This document shows positions 16,641-20,000 of a stretch of 20,000 bases of DNA, one piece after another (the stretch's first letter is position 1; each line of letters starts with the position of its first letter). Location of the stretch: assembly GCA_043825735.1 (NCBI GenBank), contig JBDRRP010000075.1, positions 59,946-79,945 of the forward strand. Reading direction: 5' to 3'. The position numbers and the translations under genes are program-made. The notes beneath the pieces are model-generated. The model was not told where the DNA came from, did no database searches, and saw only the letters and a program-made list of their open reading frames with translations. Source of the DNA: Pseudomonadota bacterium. GTDB lineage: Bacteria; Desulfobacterota; Desulfobacteria; Desulfobacterales; JBDRRP01.

Positions 16641-19600
16641 TCAAGAATTTTGGAAAGCTCGAGAAAACCGCGGATCTTGGCCACTTGGCGGTTCTGGCTC
16701 ACGGAGCGCCGAGGATCCACCGTCCAAAACCGTACGCACCTTCTGGGAAAGCTCGCTGAGGTTGAAGGGTTTTTGGATAAAACCGCGGCAGCCCTTCTCC
16801 AGGATGCTGGAGGCATGGCCGTCGATGCTGTAACCGCTGGACAGCAGCACGCGAATATCCGGATTCATGACCTGTAGGTTTAAAAACGTGTCTTCACCGC
16901 TCATGGCCGGCATGATCATGTCGAGCACCACCAGATCGAACCCGGATGGATCACTGCGAACCGCGTCAAGCGCCGCCGCCCCCGAGCCAGCGGTGAGCAC
17001 CGTGTAACCCAGCCGTTCGAGCATCTGCCTGCCGATATCCAGAACCATCGCTTCATCATCCACCAGCAAAATCCGTCCGGTGCCCCGCACCAGAATGTTC
17101 TCGGCCGCGGCTTCGCCGACGACCTGCTCGTCCACTGCCGGAAGATAGATGTCGAAAGTGCTGCCTTCTCCAAAGCGGCTCGACACATCGATGAAGCCTT
17201 CATGGTTCTTGATGATCCCATAGGCAGACGCCAGCCCTAGACCGGTGCCGCGCTCCCGCTCCTTGGTGGTGAAAAAGGGGTCGAAAATCTTGGCCACGAT
17301 GTCAGGCGGCATGCCGGTGCCGGTGTCGGTGACAGAGATCTTCACGTAGCGGCCGGGCGCAAGCGAATGCGCCTGGACCATATCGGCATGCAGAACCGTA
17401 TTCTCCGTTCGGACAAACAAGTCACCACCACCGGGCATGGCCTGCCATGCGTTGACGAAGATGTTCAGCAGCACCTGGTCGAGCTGCCCCCGGTCGCAGG
17501 AGACCGCCCAGATATCGGCTTGCTGTTGGTGGTGGAGACGGATTTCCTTTTTCGTGCGACTGAACATGGTGGCGGCGCCGTGAACCAAAACATTGAGGTC
17601 GGTGGGCGTCACTTCATACTTGCCCCCACGGGCCAGGCCCAACAGTTGCCGGGTCAGACTCACGCCGCGCTGGACCTGGCTTTCAATGTGACGCAGCCGT
17701 TCGACATCTTCGCGCTGGCGATCATCATCGAGCAGCATCAGCGAGGCGTTGCCCTGGATGCCCATGAGCAGATTGTTGAAGTCGTGGGCGATGCCGCCGG
17801 CCAGGGTGCCCAGTGACTCCATTTTCTGGACCTGGACCAGTTTGGCCTCCAACCGTTTTTTCTCTTCCTCGGCCTGGCGCAGGGCCGTGAGGTCATGTAC
17901 CACCGCAGTGGCTTCTATGGGCCGGTTGTCCTTGAACGTGAATCTGGTATTGACCAGCACCCAGAACACCCGTCCGTCTTTTCCCCGGATGCGGTATTCC
18001 TGCGGGGGCGGCGTCGGGTCGTCCGGGTCGAGATTTTCCAACATTCGGGTCAGGGTGGGGATGCTGTCCTCGGTCAACAGGCTGACCGGGTCGAGCGCCA
18101 GAAACTCTTGCTCGCTGTAACCTGTGTATTCACACATCACATCGTTGACGCTCAGAAAACACCGCCGCTGCATGTCAAACTGGTAGATACCGGCCGGCGC
18201 ATATTGAACCAGTTGCCGGTAACGGGATTCGCTTTCACGCAGTTCCGCCTCCATCTGCTTGCGCGCGGTGATGTCGTGAGCCAGCCCAAGGATGAAACGT
18301 TCATTGTCGATTTCAAGCAGCCCGATCCTCAAATCAACGTGGAAAACCGACCCATCCTTTCGCCGATGAACGCTCTCAATGGCCACGGGCGCCCCTGGCT
18401 GCAGGCCTGCCCAGAGGGCGTTGATGTCCGCCATGGATTCAAAACTGGCATCCACATCGGACACATGCATCGTCAACAGCTCCTCCCGGTGGTACCCCAG
18501 GATTTCGCAGGCCCTCCGATTGACGTCCACCAGTTGGCCTTTGGCATCGCTGAGGAAAATGGCGTCCGCCGCGTGTTCCACCAGGGTGCGGTACCGTGTC
18601 TCGCTGACCCGCAGCGCCTTCTCGGTCCGGCGGCGAATGCCCATGTTGAGCGCAAGGGATACCACCAGCACAGTCAGCACTGCGAGAATCGAGGCCACCG
18701 ACCAGATCAGTACGCTGTAACGTTCGTAAAAACCGGGATCTGGTTCGTTGAAAAGAATATTGCCGGCGGGCAGCGCGGAAAGCGGAATGCCGAAGCGCTT
18801 CAGCAGCCGATAATCGAACATGAAGCGGTTGGGGCTGTCCAGGTTCACCGGTATGGCCGCTGCATCCTCGCCCTGGAGGATGCGTTCGACCAACCGCGCA
18901 GCCGCTTCCCCCTGGTAAAACCCACTGACACACTTGCCGCCGGTCAACCCCTTGTTGATCATCCACTCGGAACGTCCAAAAACAGGGACAGCACTCCCAT
19001 AGAAGGCCTTTGACAGGCTCTCAGGCGATACAGGGCTGCCGTCGCCCTCTTGCCAGAAGGAGATGAAAAAAGCGAAGTCCTCCTGGGGCAGAGTGGCCAG
19101 GCGCTCGGCAAGATCCATAAGAGAGATACCCATCAGAAACCGAACCATCATCTGCGGATGGTCACGCTTCATCACCGCCAGAAACTCGTCCTTGTTGATC
19201 TGCCCGGTATGGGTGTTGTCGAGGATGACATGAACCGCCGCGGCGCGTGGCCGGACCTTGACGGCAAACGCCAGGGTATCTTTAAAGTCGCCTTTTTCCA
19301 CAACACCGGTGACGCGCCGGTGGCCGGCGATTTCCTGGGGGTCGAACCGGTTCACCCCACAAAATACGATGGGCGCGGCCTTGAAAAACCCTGCTTGCCG
19401 CGCCAAGGCGAAACGGTAGGCATTGTCGTCCGAAGTGAGAATGGCGTCAAAGCCGATTCCGCTGTACTTGAGCCTGTAGATCTCATCCAGCGCCCGGTAG
19501 TAGGGCTCTGATGTGATCCGTTTAGTGTCCATGTATTCGACGACCAAATCCAGACTGGGCACGGTGTCCAGCACCGAAGTAATGCCGGCCATGAGCCCGT

Positions 19601-19736
19601 CAGTCCAGTCCGCCTTGTGGTAGGAGTGCAGCACCAGCACGGTCTTGCGGTGTTCTTCGGCCTGGATGGGAGCGGCAAGTATCCAGGCCGCTGCCAACAG
19701 AACAATCAACGGAAATATGCGTTTGGGGACAACCAT
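16641..19736 (-). CDS. Hybrid sensor histidine kinase: periplasmic substrate-binding-like sensor, TM, 2x PAS, HisKA, HATPase, receiver
   Basis: VLVLHSYH...VEYMDTKR sensor; H-box GTLAGGIAHDFNNLL; N, G1, F and G2 boxes (NAWQAM, DTGTG, FDPFFTTK, GTGLGL); receiver ILLVDDE...LDMIMP...KPF. Start chosen at MVVPKR (19736); the track gives 19793. Confidence 0.95.
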   Translation of the reverse strand: MVVPKRIFPLIVLLAAAWILAAPIQAEEHRKTVLVLHSYHKADWTDGLMAGITSVLDTVPSLDLVVEYMDTKRITSEPYYRALDEIYRLKYSGIGFDAILTSDDNAYRFALARQAGFFKAAPIVFCGVNRFDPQEIAGHRRVTGVVEKGDFKDTLAFAVKVRPRAAAVHVILDNTHTGQINKDEFLAVMKRDHPQMMVRFLMGISLMDLAERLATLPQEDFAFFISFWQEGDGSPVSPESLSKAFYGSAVPVFGRSEWMINKGLTGGKCVSGFYQGEAAARLVERILQGEDAAAIPVNLDSPNRFMFDYRLLKRFGIPLSALPAGNILFNEPDPGFYERYSVLIWSVASILAVLTVLVVSLALNMGIRRRTEKALRVSETRYRTLVEHAADAIFLSDAKGQLVDVNRRACEILGYHREELLTMHVSDVDASFESMADINALWAGLQPGAPVAIESVHRRKDGSVFHVDLRIGLLEIDNERFILGLAHDITARKQMEAELRESESRYRQLVQYAPAGIYQFDMQRRCFLSVNDVMCEYTGYSEQEFLALDPVSLLTEDSIPTLTRMLENLDPDDPTPPPQEYRIRGKDGRVFWVLVNTRFTFKDNRPIEATAVVHDLTALRQAEEEKKRLEAKLVQVQKMESLGTLAGGIAHDFNNLLMGIQGNASLMLLDDDRQREDVERLRHIESQVQRGVSLTRQLLGLARGGKYEVTPTDLNVLVHGAATMFSRTKKEIRLHHQQQADIWAVSCDRGQLDQVLLNIFVNAWQAMPGGGDLFVRTENTVLHADMVQAHSLAPGRYVKISVTDTGTGMPPDIVAKIFDPFFTTKERERGTGLGLASAYGIIKNHEGFIDVSSRFGEGSTFDIYLPAVDEQVVGEAAAENILVRGTGRILLVDDEAMVLDIGRQMLERLGYTVLTAGSGAAALDAVRSDPSGFDLVVLDMIMPAMSGEDTFLNLQVMNPDIRVLLSSGYSIDGHASSILEKGCRGFIQKPFNLSELSQKVRTVLDGGSSALREPEPPSGQDPRFSRAFQNS

Positions 19737-19861
19737 GCCCCTAATCAGGGCACTCCGACAGATTGAAGTCAAGAAATAAGTGACCGGTTCCATAAAAACG
19801 GGTCAGGTGGGCATGGGTGGCCTCGCAAACGGTCCTTCAGTTGTCAAGCCTGACGCGATCT

Positions 19862-20000
19862 ATAGGGGTGGGAAAACCCGGTTACCCGGGCTCTCCCCCC
19901 TCCGAACCGGACATGCGGATCTCCCGCATCCGGCTCTCCGGTCGGCGGTTTTACCTCATGAGGACTGAAGCAAGGCGCGATGGGCATCATAAAGGCTAAA
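19862..20000 (-). mobile_element. Group II intron, 3' end (domains V and VI); continues beyond the window
   Basis: Domain V GAGCCGGATGCGGGAGATCCGCATGTCCGGTTC (19936-19904) with AGC triad; domain VI stem GGGAGAGCCCGG-GTAA-CCGGGTTTTCCC with bulged A at 19869; terminal CCTAT at 19862. Confidence 0.95.
19956..20000 (-). CDS. C-terminal fragment of the intron-encoded reverse transcriptase/maturase (partial)
   Basis: Open frame FSLYDAHRALLQSS* ending about 20 nt before domain V, where intron-encoded protein ORFs normally end. Confidence 0.7.
   Translation of the reverse strand, partial: FSLYDAHRALLQSS

Overview
GC-rich bacterial chromosomal window. Gene content and intergenic repeat style suggest a Desulfobacterales/deltaproteobacterial genome (inference). 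From left to right: a secreted M1-family zinc aminopeptidase (-); a divergent ammonium transporter amt (+) with a clear sigma54 promoter; a metY-metX-metW operon (-) under a sigma70 promoter and a SAM-I riboswitch with intrinsic terminator; an adhesin-like autotransporter (-); a LysE/RhtB exporter and AraC regulator (-); an AT-rich membrane-bound spermidine-synthase-like gene (-); a Phd/YefM antitoxin followed by an internally deleted vapC toxin (+); a hybrid PAS sensor kinase (-); and the 3' end of a group II intron (RT C-terminus, domains V and VI) at the right edge. Most intergenic spacers carry nested palindromic repeats. Two observations stand out. First, a diverged 65-bp duplicate of the met promoter plus the 5' head of the SAM riboswitch brackets the autotransporter gene. 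Second, a ~30-nt CYTGTC...TAGC-hairpin mini-element sits inside three different palindromic repeat families.
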